DNA of 64,000 nucleotides from Hemiscyllium ocellatum (Eukaryota), in assembly GCF_020745735.1 (NCBI RefSeq), contig NC_083435.1, positions 28,519,231 to 28,583,230 of the forward strand, written 5' to 3'. Under the pieces are notes generated by a model, which did no database searches, was not told where the DNA came from, and saw only the letters and a list, made by a program, of their open reading frames with translations. Positions 24,936 to 37,879 of this stretch are shown here, piece after piece. The position numbers and the translations under genes are program-made. Position 1 is the first letter of the stretch; every line of letters starts with the position of its first letter.

Positions 24936-25937
24936 GGGGTGAATAAAAAATTTCAAGGTAAGGGTAGTTAGATCATTGACTATCAAAAGAATCAAACATC
25001 ATTTGGGAAACGTGCAGGTGATGCCAAAAGCAGATCAGACGTGCTCTTATTGAATGGCAGTGCTGGTGAAAGTGGATGAATACTCTGCTTATTTACATGT
25101 TCGCAAGAAAAGATTCTGAACGAAGGAGAGATTCCAACCGTCACCATCATTAATCACCATTATTAAGTGTTACCAGAGATTCCTGTATTTACCAAAGATT
25201 CTCTCGCTTTTGTTTTGTTTTCACTTCACAAACATTTGCAGGCTTCATATTCTCATTGTGAACCATGTGATAATTTGCTGGCACATAGTCCCAGCTCAGG
25301 GAGTGTCTGTCTCAGGAGCTTCACTATGAACTGCAAAAGATGTAAAGACTTCACACAGACATTGGCAGAGTGCCTTGAATTATTCGTGAGCTTTTGTGAA
25401 GGTTAATTTCTGCTGATCATCCGTTGGCATTATTCGGACTGTTTCTTTTCCCGTGTGTGAATGTGGAAGATCCCAACATTAGGTTCTCCATAAGAGAATA
25501 AACCTGCGCCAAAACTAATATTTCAATATTGGCAAGGGCTGAAGGCATAGCCCTCAGTCCCCATCACAGATACGGTTCCCTAATCGCTGACTCCTTCCTT
25601 CAGTCTTGATGGGAGAGTTCACAATCTTGAAATTCTGTTTATGCTTCCAATCGCATATTGTCTCCTTGACAAATACTGCTTACTTCCACTGTTGTATCAT
25701 GGTCTGACTCTACCATGATCTCAGCTCATCGACTGAAATCTTTATTCCTGTCTTTGTTACCTCCACTCTTGACTATTCCCATTCTCTGTTGCTAGTCTCC
25801 CACTTCCCACCTTCCCTCCGTTTGAACACCTTCCAAATTTTGTTGCCATGTTAAAACCCGCACAGCACACTATTCTCCCATCACCTCCCCACTCTCACAG
25901 ACCTGCACTGGCTGCCAGTCAAGCTCCCCCATCATCT

Positions 25938-25967
25938 CTGAAGAAGGGTTACACCCGAAGTGGTGAC
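25938..25967 (+). ncRNA. Hammerhead-like motif in a PLE terminal remnant (variant subfamily)
   Basis: CUGAAGA A GGGU UAC ACCC GAAG UGGU GAC; perfect stem II, decayed GAAA/stem III. Confidence 0.45.
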
Positions 25968-26429
25968 TTCTCCACCTCCTGATATTGCCTGCCTTGTTGT
26001 GTTCTTCCAGCCTCTTGCTTATTTACTCTCATCAACTTTGGCATCTTCACGAAAGGTGAAATATTGCAGATGCAGGAAATCTGAACCAAAATTGTTAGCA
26101 TGTTTGTGCTGGACTGGCTGCGCTGCTCAAACAAAGCACAACGCAAGGTTGAGGAATGTCATCTCATTTTCTGTGCAGGCGCTTTACAGCTTCAACTTCT
26201 TCAAGATCTTCAGAAGCTGACCGTCATTATATAGGAGAGACTAGTACCCGAGAGCACAGCCTCAGAGTGAAGGGACAACTCTTTAGAACTGAGATGAGGT
26301 GGAATTTCTTCAGCCAGAGGTGGTGAATCTGGGAAGCTCATTGCCACAGAAGGCCGTGGCGGCCAAGCCATTGAGTGTATTTAAGATGCAGCTAACAACA
26401 CTCTCTCTCCAATTTAACATGCAGCTGTA

Positions 26430-26705
26430 GCAGTGATATGGTGGCTCAGTGGTTAGCATTGTTACCTCACAGCACTAAGGACCAGGGTTCAATTCCATTC
26501 TCAGATGACTGTCTGTGCGGAGTTTGCACATTCTGTCTATGTCTGTGTGGGTTTTCTCTGGGTGATCTGGCTTCCTCCACAATTCGAAGATGTGGATTGG
26601 CTATGGGAAATGTAGGGTAGGAGTGTGGTTCTGGGTGGAATGCTCTTTGGAGGATTGGTATTGGCCAAATGGCCTGTTTCCAAACTGTAGGGATTCTATG
26701 ATTCC
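26430..26705 (+). mobile_element. HE1-like V-SINE
   Basis: atggtggctcagtggttagcattgttacctcacagc head, V-domain, tail. Confidence 0.85.
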
Positions 26706-26834
26706 TTTAAGTTTAAATGTTTGACCAAGTCCTTAAAACTAAATGTGGTTCCATCTCAGATGATACTTAACTTTCCACTGAAGCACTTTGGGATGCTTTA
26801 CTGCACTAAAGGTGCTACATAAATGCAGATAAAA

Positions 26835-27115
26835 CAAAGCAAAGCACTCCGATAGCTTGAAATCTAAAACAAAACCAGAAATTGCTGGAGAAACTCAGCT
26901 GGTCTGGCAGCATGAAGATAAAACATTTTGAATGTTTTTTTTAGAACCATCAACAATCGTTTTGTCTGCCTAACATTTTTGCTCTCTTTCTCTGGGATCC
27001 ATTTCAATGTGTCTCCACTCTTGACTTTCTCTGCTCCCACCCCATGTTATCAGCATAAATACCACCTTTTCCTAGCTGCTCCCAGTTCTGAGGAATGGTC
27101 ACTGGTCTCGAAACA
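26835..27115. mobile_element. Inverted pair of PLE-type terminal remnants (second family) with decayed hammerhead at 27088-27114
   Basis: aaacaaaaccagaaattgctggagaaactcagctggtctggcagc arm, then plus-sense arm ending ctgaggaatggtcactggtctcgaaac. Confidence 0.5.
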
Positions 27116-27939
27116 CTCCCCTTTAACTTGAAACATTTTGGGGGGGGGGGGGAGGGGAAGGTAGATGATGGCATAGCATTGTTGCTGGACTGTTAATCTG
27201 GAGATTCTGATCATGTTCTGGGGACCCAGGTTCAAATCTCACCACGCAAGATGGTGGAATTTGTATTCAATAACACTCTAGAAATAAGAATCTAATGGTC
27301 ACCATGAAACAATTGTCACGGAAAGCTCTGGCTCACTATTATCATTTAAGGAAGGAAACTGCCACTCTTACCCCATCTGGTCAGTGACTCTGGACCCAAA
27401 GCAACATCATTATCATAGTTCCTGTACAATGTGGGAGCAGGCCATTTGGCCCATCAGGTCCATCCCAAACCTCCTACACAGACCCACTCTCATACCCCTG
27501 CATTTCCTACAGCTAACCCACCTAGCCTGCACATCTCTGAACACTCTGGTCAATTTAGCAGCCAATCCATCTAACCTGCACATCTTTGCACTGTGGGATG
27601 AAACTGGAGCATCAGCAGAAACCCATTCAGACATCGGGATGGGACCCTTCGCCACAGCAGATTCGCTGCCGATTAGCCACTGCCCTTTGACCGCTGAAGA
27701 CGATTCTGCAAATAAGCAGATTTGCCACTGATGATTAGCCACTGCCCTTTGACCACCGAGCATATCTAAACTATATAAAATTGTCGTCATATTGGTTAAG
27801 GTAGTGTTTGTGTTGTTTCAGTAATAACTTATTTTGGTCACAGGAGAGTTTTTTTAAGCTTGTTTTTTTCCCATTTACCCTCAAGTCTTCAAAAGTGTGT
27901 GTGTGTGGGGGGGGGGGGGGGCAGAAATTATTAGTAAAC

Positions 27940-28270
27940 ATGGAAATAATAAGTTTTACCACTTTTGCTTCCCCACGATATGTGGTCAGTCTATGAGACA
28001 ACAATAAACAATGAAGATCGCACAAATAATCATGCTGAAGCCGCTCATTGGAGAATTGCTTTTGGACTCGGAGCTCACCACCCAACCATATGGAAATTTA
28101 TAGGAATGTTAATAAAACTACAAAAGGGGCGAGATTTATATATGGAACAGCTGATAGCGGGTTACCCGCCACAAATAAAGCTCAACAAAAATCGAGATGC
28201 AGATGATAGAACAAAAAAAATTGTCTTAAATACGGTGAAAGAGATTGTTTGGAATATCTTAGAGGGATAG
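27940..28270 (+). pseudogene. MULE transposase C-terminal fragment
   Basis: PHDMWSVYETTINNEDRTNNHAEAAHWRIAFGLGAHHPTIWKFIGMLIKLQ...EQLIAG matches the recalled WN..RTNN..EGWH..HP.IW.FI pattern. Confidence 0.75.
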
Positions 28271-28418
28271 TGCATAACTATCAAAAGAAATAAACAATTT
28301 CATTGTTTAATATTAATGTGAGATTGTACTGCCATCATAAAGATTTTTAAAATATATTTCATTTTTCTGGTTAAAGTTTGTAACTCATTTTTATATATAA
28401 ACCAATAAAATGATATTT

Positions 28419-29320
28419 ACAGTGTTACAGAGATGGACAGCACGAAACAGACCCTTCAGTCCAACTCGTGCATGTGGACCAGACATCCTAAACTAATGTC
28501 GTCCTTTTTGCCAGTACTTGGCCCATTTCATCCTGAACCCTTCCTATTTACAGAAGAACATCGATTATCCGGCATTCGATTATCCGAAATTCGGATTATC
28601 CGGACAGGATTGCAAGGTCTCAATGCTTGGCTAAACTGTGTTATCCAGCATTCGAATATCTGAACATTTGATTATCTGAACAAAATACTCCCCACCCATG
28701 TCACCCGGATAATCGAGGTTCCTCTGTATATACCCATCTTGATGCCTTTTAAATGCTGTAATTGTACCATTTCCTCTTGCAACTCATTTCATACATGCAC
28801 CACCCTCTGTGTGAAAAAGTTGCCCTTTATGCACCTTTTATATCTTTCCCTCTCACCCTAAACCTATGCCATCTAGTTCTGCACTTCCCCACCCCAGGGA
28901 AAAGACCTTGTCTATTTATCATATCCATGCCCCTCATGATCTTATAAACATCAAAACGGTTAACCCTCAGACTCCGATGCTCCAAGGAAAACAGCCCCAG
29001 CCTATTTAACCTCTCCCTGTAGCTCAAAAACTCCAGCCCTGGCAACATCCTTGTAAATCCTTTCTGAACCCTTTCAAGTTTCACAACATCCTTTCGGTAG
29101 GAAGAAAACCAGAATTGCACACAGTATTCCAAAAGTGGCCTAACCTGCAAATGTCCTGCAAAGGCGCAACATGACTTCCCAACTCCTGTATTCAATACTC
29201 TGGCCAATAAAGGAAAGCATATCAAATGCCTTCTTCACTATCATATCTACCTGCGGCTTTCAAGGAAACATGAATTTTTGCTCCAAGGTCTCCTTGTTCA
29301 GCAATACTCCACACGACCTA
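28419..29320 (-). mobile_element. 5'-truncated CR1 LINE carrying a MITE, nested in the MULE
   Basis: RPLLEYCVQFW..RKDVVKLERVQKGFTRML frame; 3' tail at 28419. Confidence 0.9.
28551..28726. mobile_element. Tigger/pogo-like (Tc1/mariner superfamily) MITE
   Basis: TIR cagaagaacatcgattatccg / cggataatcgaggttcctctg, TA target duplication (28549-50, 28727-28), internal repeats of gattatccg. Confidence 0.85.
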
Positions 29321-29764
29321 ATTATTTTACCTCTTTTTTTAAAATCAATATGTCGTATGTGGTTGTATAAATAAAGGGGACTGAGAAGTATGAAAGAACA
29401 GGTGGGAGGGAAAGCAATCAGTGCATATATATATTTCCGGTGGCAGATAGTCTCCAGAGGTCAAACAACCCCACTGGAGAAACGTTGGTGGAGAACTGGC
29501 AGTGGCTAATCATTGGTGGTGAATCTGCTGTCACCATCCCGCAGATATAGGGAGAAGGTACAAACGCCACACAGTCAGCAAACCTGGAATTGAACCAGGT
29601 CCCTGGGGCTGTGAGGCAGCATTGCTAACCATTAAGCCACCATGCCATGTGACATGGTTGACTCTTAGCTGCCCTCTAGGCAGTTACAGATGGGCAATAA
29701 ATTGCACCCTCATCATATGAATGATTAGAAAAAGTCTTTATTGCTTTCCACAGATGCTACTAGA

Positions 29765-31470
29765 CTAAGAGTTATAGAGTCACAGAGATGTACAACATGG
29801 AAACAGACCCTTCAGTCCAACTCATCCATGCTGACCAGATACCCCAACCCAATCTAGTCCCACCTGCCAGCACCCGGCCCATATCCGTCCAAACCCTTCC
29901 TATTCATATACCCATCCAGATGTCTTTTAAATGTTGCAATTGTACTAGCATCCACCACTTCCTCTGTCAGCTCATTTCACACATGTACCTCCCTCTGAGT
30001 GAAAACCTTGCCCCTTAGGTCTCTTTTATATCTTTCCTCTCTCACCCTAAACCTATGCCCTCTAGACTCCCCCACTTTGTCTATTTATCCTATCCACGCC
30101 CCTCATGATTTATCAACCTCTATAAGGTCACCCCTCAGCCCCCGAAGTTCCAGGGAAAACAGCCCTAGCCTATTCAACCTCTTCCTATAGCTCAAATCCT
30201 CCAACCCAGGCAACGTCCTTGTAAATCTTTTCTGGACCTTTTCAATTTTCACAACATCGTTCTGATGGGAAGGAGACCAGAAGTGCACAAAATATTCCAA
30301 CAGGGGCCTAGCTAATGTTCTGTACAGCCGCATTTCCTCCTCTGTAATATGGACATTTTTTCAAGATGTCACCACCTATTTTCCTATATTCAATATCTTC
30401 CACGTCCTTTTCCACAGTAAATACTGATGCAAAATACTCATTTGGTATCTGCCACATTTCCTGCGGCACCACATAAAGGCTGCCTCGCTAATCTTTGAGG
30501 GCCCTATTCTCTCCCTAGTTACCCTTTTGTCCTTAATGTATTTGTAAAAGCCCTTTGGACTCTCCTTTACTCTATTTGCCAAAGTTATCACATGTCCCCT
30601 TTATGCCCTCGTGATTTCTCTCTTAAGTATACTCCTATTGCCTTTATACTCTTCTAAGGATTCACTCGGTCTATCCGATCTATACCTGACATATGCTTCT
30701 TTCTTGTTCTTAACCAAAACCTCAATTTCTTTACTCATCCAACATTCCCTACACTTACCAGCCTCTCCTTTCACCCTGGAAAAAGTGAGGACTGCAGATG
30801 CTGGAGTACCAGAGTTGAAAAATGTGGTGCTGGAAAAACACAGCAGGCGAGGCAGCATCCGAGGAGCAAGAGAATCGACGTTTCAGGCATAAGCCCTTCT
30901 TCTGCCTGAAATGTCGATTCTCCTACTCCTTGGATGCTGCCTGGCCTGCTGTGTTTTTCCAGCACCACATTTTTCAACTCTTTCCTTTCACCCTAACAGG
31001 AATATACATTTTCTTGACACTTGTTATCTCATTTCTGAATACTACCCATTTTCTGGCCATCCCTTTATCTGCAAACATCTGCCCCCTATGGGCCTTTGAA
31101 AGTTCTTGCCTAATACTTGCCCAGTATATAGATGTGCCTACTTGAGAAGGTGCAAAACTTGATCTTCTCTTGGAAAATAAGGTAGGGCAGGTGACTGAGG
31201 TGTCAATGGGGGAGCACTTTGGGGCTAATGACTATAATTCTATCAGTTTTAAATTAGTGACAGAAAAGGATAGACCAGATCTAAAAGTTAAAGTTCTAAA
31301 TTAGAGGTAGGCCAATTTTGATGGTATTAGACAAGAACTTTCAAAAGCTGATTGGGCACAGATGTTCGCAGGTAAAGGGACAGCAGGAAAATGGGAAGCC
31401 TTCAGAAATGATATAACAAGAGTCCAGAGAAAGTATATTCCTGGTAAGTATAGGGAATGCTGGATAACTG
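29765..31470 (-). mobile_element. Rearranged CR1 LINE (minus 29765-31095, plus-strand endonuclease piece 31100-31470)
   Basis: RLYRTLARPLLEYF, NRVKESPKGFYKYIKDKRVTRE and plus-strand QYIDVPT..AKLDLLLGNK frames. Confidence 0.85.
30778..30982. mobile_element. PLE terminal-repeat fold-back (205 bp)
   Basis: 79-bp arms 30811-30889 / 30903-30981 with 5 mismatches, 13-nt loop; 12-bp TSD tcctttcaccct at 30766-30777 and 30983-30994. Confidence 0.9.
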
Positions 31471-32279
31471 GCTGTGTTTCCCTAGCAATTTCAGCTTTTT
31501 GACATTTCTGTTCTGCTCTTGTGTGGCACCAGTACCTATTTTCCTAATTCTTTGATGCGTAATACAAAAGTATTATGTGATTACAAATGAAGAATTATTG
31601 TGAGAGAGTGTAGTTGTTCATTAACAATGATATGAATTTATTCCAAACATTTCAGGAATACTGGATATGGAGACTACATGTCGAGGTAGGCTCTGTGTGG
31701 CCATTTCTGTGATTACATTGAAGTTAAAATTGCTGGATATTACTGAGAATGTCAATATTATCAATGCACTGACCTATAAATTTGGCAGATTGTGTTAATA
31801 GCAATAGAGTCATCAATACAGAGAATGTCTTTCCATTTAACAGCAGTGGAATATGACACATTATTACTGGAAACAGCCACAGTTGTTTTTCAGTCAATGT
31901 CCAAACTAAGTGATCAAGTCCTATCATTCATAGAAATTACCTTATTCAGACTGAGATGTTAAATTATGAATAAGATTGGAGGTGTGCTTCCTCAAATTTT
32001 ATAAAAAAAAATTAACTTATTGACACTCCTTGCCAGTTTCCAGAATTCCATGAGAAATATTACCAACATTCCAGCAATTATTCCCAATTGTTGTTTATTT
32101 CGGATGCTATGTTATAATGATGATCAGAAACCATGCAACGCTTAACACTACAAACTTAAACTCAGATATTTGTAATGACTTTATGTCAGTATTTAGATAA
32201 CGCATAAAGATTTTCAAGACATTGAAAAGAATTAAAAGATTTTAGTCGAAAAAGTGACTTCTGATTGACAGAACAGAGT

Positions 32280-32815
32280 GGCTGACTGAAAATCAACGAC
32301 AAGAAAGAGAGAGAGAAAAAAGGAAAAAGAAGCAGAGACAGACAGATACAGAGATGATACAGAGATACAGAGGTGACAAAGGCAAAGAGACAGATTTGCA
32401 GACAGAGGCAGACACACAGACAGAGAGACAATATACAGAGACACAAACGGGAAAAGAGATGATAGAAATCAGAGGGAGATAGACTCATGAATATGACTGC
32501 AGGCAGGCAGACAGACAAATGGATAAACACAGAGACAGACAGACACATGGGCAAACACACACAGACAGTCACATGGACAAAGAAACAGAGAGACAGACAC
32601 ATGGACGAACACACAGACAAAGAGATAGACTCATGGAGAGACACTAATAGAGATAAACACATGAAGAAACACCCAGAGATAGACACAGACACATGGCGAA
32701 GTACAGATAGACAGACACACAGAGAAACCAATACATTGATAAACCGATGCACAAAAAAAAGATACATGGACAGGCACACAGACAGAAAGACAGACACATG
32801 GACAAACTGATAAAC
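32280..32815. repeat. (GACA/GAGA/CACA) low-complexity tract
   Basis: Direct reading; explains the 238-aa and 107-aa compositional ORFs. Confidence 0.9.
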
Positions 32816-32819
32816 AATG

Positions 32820-33035
32820 AAACAATATCTAGACAGACACAGGGAAGAAGTGCCGGATGCAGGTACAGTCACAATGTTTAAAAGACCTTTGGATAAGTAC
32901 ATGAATAGGAAAGTTTTGAAGAGTATAGGCCAAACACAGGCCAGTGGAACTCATTTAGTTTGGGAACACAGTTGGCGTGGACTAGTGGGACCGAAGGGTC
33001 TGGTTCCATTCTGTGTGACGCAATGACTCTATGAG
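32820..33035 (+). mobile_element. CR1 LINE 3' end
   Basis: EEVPDAGTVTMFKRPLDKYMNRK..GQTQ and tail gggaccgaagggtctggttcc. Confidence 0.85.
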
Positions 33036-34958
33036 TAGCAGACAGAAATTGAGTATGGGTGAGGCAAGAGGGTGACCGGTGGGTGAGTGGGTACCGGTGA
33101 TGGGTAAGTGGTTGAGAAGGTAGGTCAGGTGTCAGCTATGGGGGGGGGGAGGGGTGTATGGGAGTGAGGCAATGGGGTAGGCACAGTATCAGTTTTATTC
33201 CTCTAATCTGAAGAATTCCTGTGGGAAGATGGTTTTCCAAACAAATATTCAGGGATTTCAACATTTGCAATCTAACTGTCTAATTCTGCTGCAACGTCCT
33301 GGATTTCTTTTTGAAGGCACAGTCCCTGTGACCTTCAGTGACATTAAAATCGAACCTGATGACATGGAGGTGAGAGATGATTATTTTGGAAAGCTTGCTT
33401 GCAAACTTTGCTCGAGGATGAAACATGTGTCTGTGTGAAAGGAAGCAGCTTCTGATCAAGGTAACCTTGCCACTTTACAAAGTCAAGTCCATGCCAGCTT
33501 CTGAAATTGTTTTGTTTGGGTGAGAGAACTCCACATCTCACAGGCAACAGTGCCATCTAATGAGCCATTGCTGTAACCTCAGGTAATGGAGTACCATCTG
33601 ATACTGAAGGTGAAGCTGTCCACTCTGTCTTTACCTACTTAACATATTTCTCAGTCAATTCACAAAGTCTGTCGATTTTCATCAACAACAGAGTTTACTG
33701 AACACACGCACACACAAAAACAACTTCTGTAAATATAGAAAACAGTTTGAATGATCTTAAAACACACAGAAAGGCAAAGCCTTGAATCTGAAGTGGCCAA
33801 ATGTCATTTTAATCAAATTTCATGAGGGGTTCCTCTCACGAGAGCTAGCAAGCTCTCTTCCAAGATCATCCAAAACTCAATTCATTTGCAAGGAAGTATA
33901 CTCCTCTCATTCAATGCAAGCCCCATTCTCCCACTTGCTTCAACAGAAACACTCACTCCTGCTGGGACACCCTGGGATTTCCTGCACCAATGCCATGTTT
34001 GAAAGGCCATTATGCACCCAGTATAATGCTGCCAATCCAGAATTGCCCTTCACTGTTCGTGATATTAACCCCAGGCATGTTACGTGAGGGGTGAGGTAGT
34101 TAGTGCCAGCATTTGCAATGAAAGGTACTGGTTACTCCAGAGTGTAACCTTATAGATCAGAATGATACTGTAAGTGGAAAGGAGGTGTATCATGATGATG
34201 AAGTGAGCTTGGTACCTGGCAGATGCCAGTATGGCATATGGTGGATGTAGTCAATATCGATGGAATGTGCCCACGCATGCTGACACCTGGCATCTGAGAC
34301 AGAATTGTCAGGTCCCCAGTATGACTTTTACTTTGGGAATACTATCAAGTCAGCAGTTGAATGGGACAATGTATATTAATGAAGTAGGATTATGTACTAA
34401 TGAAGGGGATGATGAAGTCTAATTTTAATAGCCCCCTCCCTTACATTAACATCCAACTGTAAAATGCAGCCTTTTTGGTCTCAACATCAAGAAGGTCCTT
34501 CCTGGAAATCTCACCCGATCTTCCTGAATTTCTTGCCACCGCCCAAGTGATCCATGGGCTGGGAAAACTTTGCCAGCTGTTCCTACCTGTCTTCTGGTAT
34601 TATTCATCACTGGACTTACAGCCAAGGAAATCACAAACCTGTCTTAAGATTCAAATTAACTGATACCCTGTGGTACATTTGCTGTTTGATGAGTTCTGTT
34701 CAAGATAATCACATTAATATTTCATACGTCTGACAGCCTTGACTTTCTTAAATCTAACAAGCTGCATATTTCTAAGCACTTGGGCACTTTAAAAACTTTT
34801 CCTCATTCTGCAACTTCCCCAGGCTTTTTCAATGTTTTCCATAACTGTAGTGTCCTGCACCTCTACACCCTTCCCTATCTCTGAAACCACAAGAAGCCCA
34901 ACATCCCTCCCTATCTCAGGTATCTTCTCCAGCCCAGTACACTTCCCAGTCAGTGCAC

Positions 34959-35869
34959 TCAGTTGTTTTGCTTGTTCTTTAATTCAATAATTGACCTAAT
35001 TGGGTATTTCACTGCAATCAGCAGCTGCTCTCTGAACTTGGATTGAGTCACCCCATAAATAAATGCATTTGTGCAGCAATTTAAACTCAGCACCATAACA
35101 GCAACTTCTGCAAAGATATATAAAGAATCTTTGTAGTATGTGGGTTTAATTCCAGTAATGGTGTAATATAAGAAGTCTATAACATATAAAAGCCAAAGTA
35201 ATATGAAACTTCTGGATATGGTGAAGAGGAAAATCGCAGACTTTCTTCTGCTCTCCATCTCTGGATCACTGCAATTCTCTCTTTTCCTCTGACTTCTCAG
35301 CCCTTTGCGAACCCGACTGGTCACCAAAATGTGTCTGACTGTCAGAGCATTCAGCAATAGAATCAAAGCATATGGGAGCAATGGAGTTAAAATCTTATCG
35401 AACCAGTCAAACCCCAACCATACGGGGTCAGTATGATAGCTTGCCTTCACAATACAGTACAAGGGAACATTGTCAATTATCACTGCAGGTTCATAGGTAA
35501 AGTAGAATGGAATGTCTTTGAAACAAAGTATAATGCAGGTTGTTGTTAGTACTATAGTTGCGAGCCTCTTGGTGCAATATTTTCTTTTCAGATTCTGGCA
35601 ACATATCGTCACAAATCGATCAAAGGAGAATGTGACAGTGAACCAGACAGAACATTCTGTTGCTGCATAAAACAGGACAATAATAACACTGCAGACAGGG
35701 GTGACGTTCAGGAAAGATTCTGGGAAATAGTAAGAATTAATCTGCCACAGTACAACTCCAGTAATAATGACCAGTAGATCTGCCACTACCATGGCCACAA
35801 GGTAGAGAATGGTACAGGTGGAGAGGCCGCATTTCCCCTGGGACAGGATCACAATTGCCACTATGTTAA
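34959..35869 (-). CDS. Exon 2 (TM1 end to C-terminus) of a GPR139/GPR142-like orphan class A GPCR
   Basis: Open frame with YLVAMVVADLLV (TM2), PVC (TM3 Cys), SFDRFVTIC (DRY-like), PLLPYALILLLN (TM5), MESRRKS, NCCTNAFIYGVTQSKFR (TM7/H8); acceptor ttcatttccag at 35870, phase 1. Confidence 0.92.
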
Positions 35870-37879
35870 CTGGAAATGAAAAGAGATGGCAAATTAGTAA
35901 TGAGACTTCTTACCATATCAAAAGATGTCTGACTCTTCTTGAGTCAGAAATTAAAACATTTAAACATAAAATACATTTCCAAAGTGACTCTAACTTAAAT
36001 ATGCCAATTTTCATGCTTCATGGCGATGTCCTGGGGTGAGCAACCAGCCTGCTTCAATATTTTGGTGAGGTTGGGAGTCTCTGATTTCACTTGTTTCTGA
36101 GTTTGAGTTTAATTGACTTTGGATTTTTGATTGGAAGGGAAACATGCCCAGAAATATGTGGACATCAAGAATGCAATACTGATCTCAGAATAAAGAAAGG
36201 TATGGAGGACAATAGGTGCAACATAAAACAGTTTGTAAGCATTCTGAGTTTGAAAATGTGAGAAAAAGAAGCAGAAGAAAAAAGATCTATGGGGGACAGA
36301 ACTAAACATTCAATTCAAAATTGAACTTCCAGAAACTTAATGTAGAAAGGGACAGAAAATTTGCAAAGTAACAAAGGAGATAAAGGTTCCACATGTGGAT
36401 TCACATATTATTGAAATTCATAAAGCAGATTAACCCAGTCATGATAAAAGCAAACAAAATAAAACTGATATTCTGATGAAATTGAGTTAAGAAATCAGAG
36501 ATGGTATATTGAAGTGTATGAAACAGTTGAAGTGTACCACAAAGGCTTTTTTCTTCATTTTAAAGAAATAATTTAAGAACAAAGACATTGCAACATGTTC
36601 TACAAAGCTAATATCAGAATTGTGAGATTGTAAACTATCTGGAAATAAGGATCAGGTTGGCATTGTTTGGAAAATAGATGGATGAGGCCAGACCTAATTG
36701 AAGCTGTACATTTATGAATGTGTTTGATAGAGTCCATATTGAGAAGACAGAATTCAGAAGAAGCACCTTAGAATAATTAAGATGTGTAAATAGCTATGGA
36801 GCAATTAACTTGAATGCAGTGTAGATACATTTAAGCGCTAATTAGCTAAGGATGTTGGGTAGAAAGTCATTAGAAGTATTCTGATCAGGATAAATTTAAT
36901 TACGAAGGTCATATGAAGCAGAAACACTGTGAATTTTGCCAATTGTATGTAATCTGAGTAGTAATTACTCAAAGTAATCAATTCCTTTACTTCGTACACA
37001 ATATTGTTTATTAATAAGATTCTATGTTCGCATTGTAGCAAGGCATTGTTCATATTTACTATCCAGGGACCAACATCTGATGCCTGAAAATCCTATTTAA
37101 AGTCTTCAATTATCGGTGCCATTGTCCAAAGAAACACACTTCACTATCTCAGGGCGAAGGCTGCTTTGCGTCTCGGTTAATCACTGGTTCATAAAAATAA
37201 AATGAATCAGTTACAGAAATAACTCATTTAATTACTGTAGGCTGACACTCAGTTCCTACAACAGACAGATCATGAAAATAAGACATTCATGACCTACAGA
37301 TTCTTAGGACAGTGGTGGATGAAGGGGATTAATCTGCAACAAATTGACAAAAAATATCTCGAAGACGTCATTAGCTAGAAGAGTTGAATAGTGTAACAGT
37401 TCTTTCTTGCTGTTTACATGCCAGTAACTTGTGTTTTTAATGTATCTGTTGATGCTGTTCAAGTGGAATCATTGCGATATAATGACACTGCACTTCAGAG
37501 ACTGATTCTGAAACTTTAACAAAGAACAAGAATATTTCCATTGCCCATTATATTCATATAACAACAAAGCAGCTTCATGGAGTGCAGTGTTCAGTCATCT
37601 GATTGAAAAAAAGAGCAAACTTGTTTTATTTCTATTAGTGAGACACATTCATATTGTTCTATTCTGACAGAAACCCTAATAATGCATACTCTCTAAGCAT
37701 TGCCTTTACTGATAATCTGATTCACCAATGCCTAATATTTTTAATTTTAGTTACAAACAAGTTTGTTGTCAATGCAATGGAGTGAAATGCCAAAGGTAAT
37801 TTGGATACTTGACTTAAAAAATGATATCACAAACTGACTTTGTATATAATGATGAACATTAGACCAGCATATATCATTA

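Larger units (their letters stand above)
27636..29540 (+). mobile_element. Mutator-like (MULE) DNA transposon, internally deleted
   Basis: Termini gggatgg...acagcagattc / gaatctgctgt..ccatccc; inverted subterminal gattagccactgcc; 9-bp degenerate TSD (tcagacatc / gcagatata); transposase C-terminal motif WSVYETT..RTNNHAEAAH..HPTIWKFI. Confidence 0.75.
27415..29647 (-). mobile_element. HE1-like V-SINE split by the MULE (pieces 27415-27635 and 29541-29647)
   Basis: The two pieces join into continuous SINE text (gaaaccca..cagacac|ggggagaa..caaac.ccacacag). Confidence 0.85.

Noticed and set aside
32186-32902. 238-aa hydrophobic ORF that looks like a membrane protein
   Set aside because: Translation of a GACA/GAGA low-complexity tract; no domain motifs
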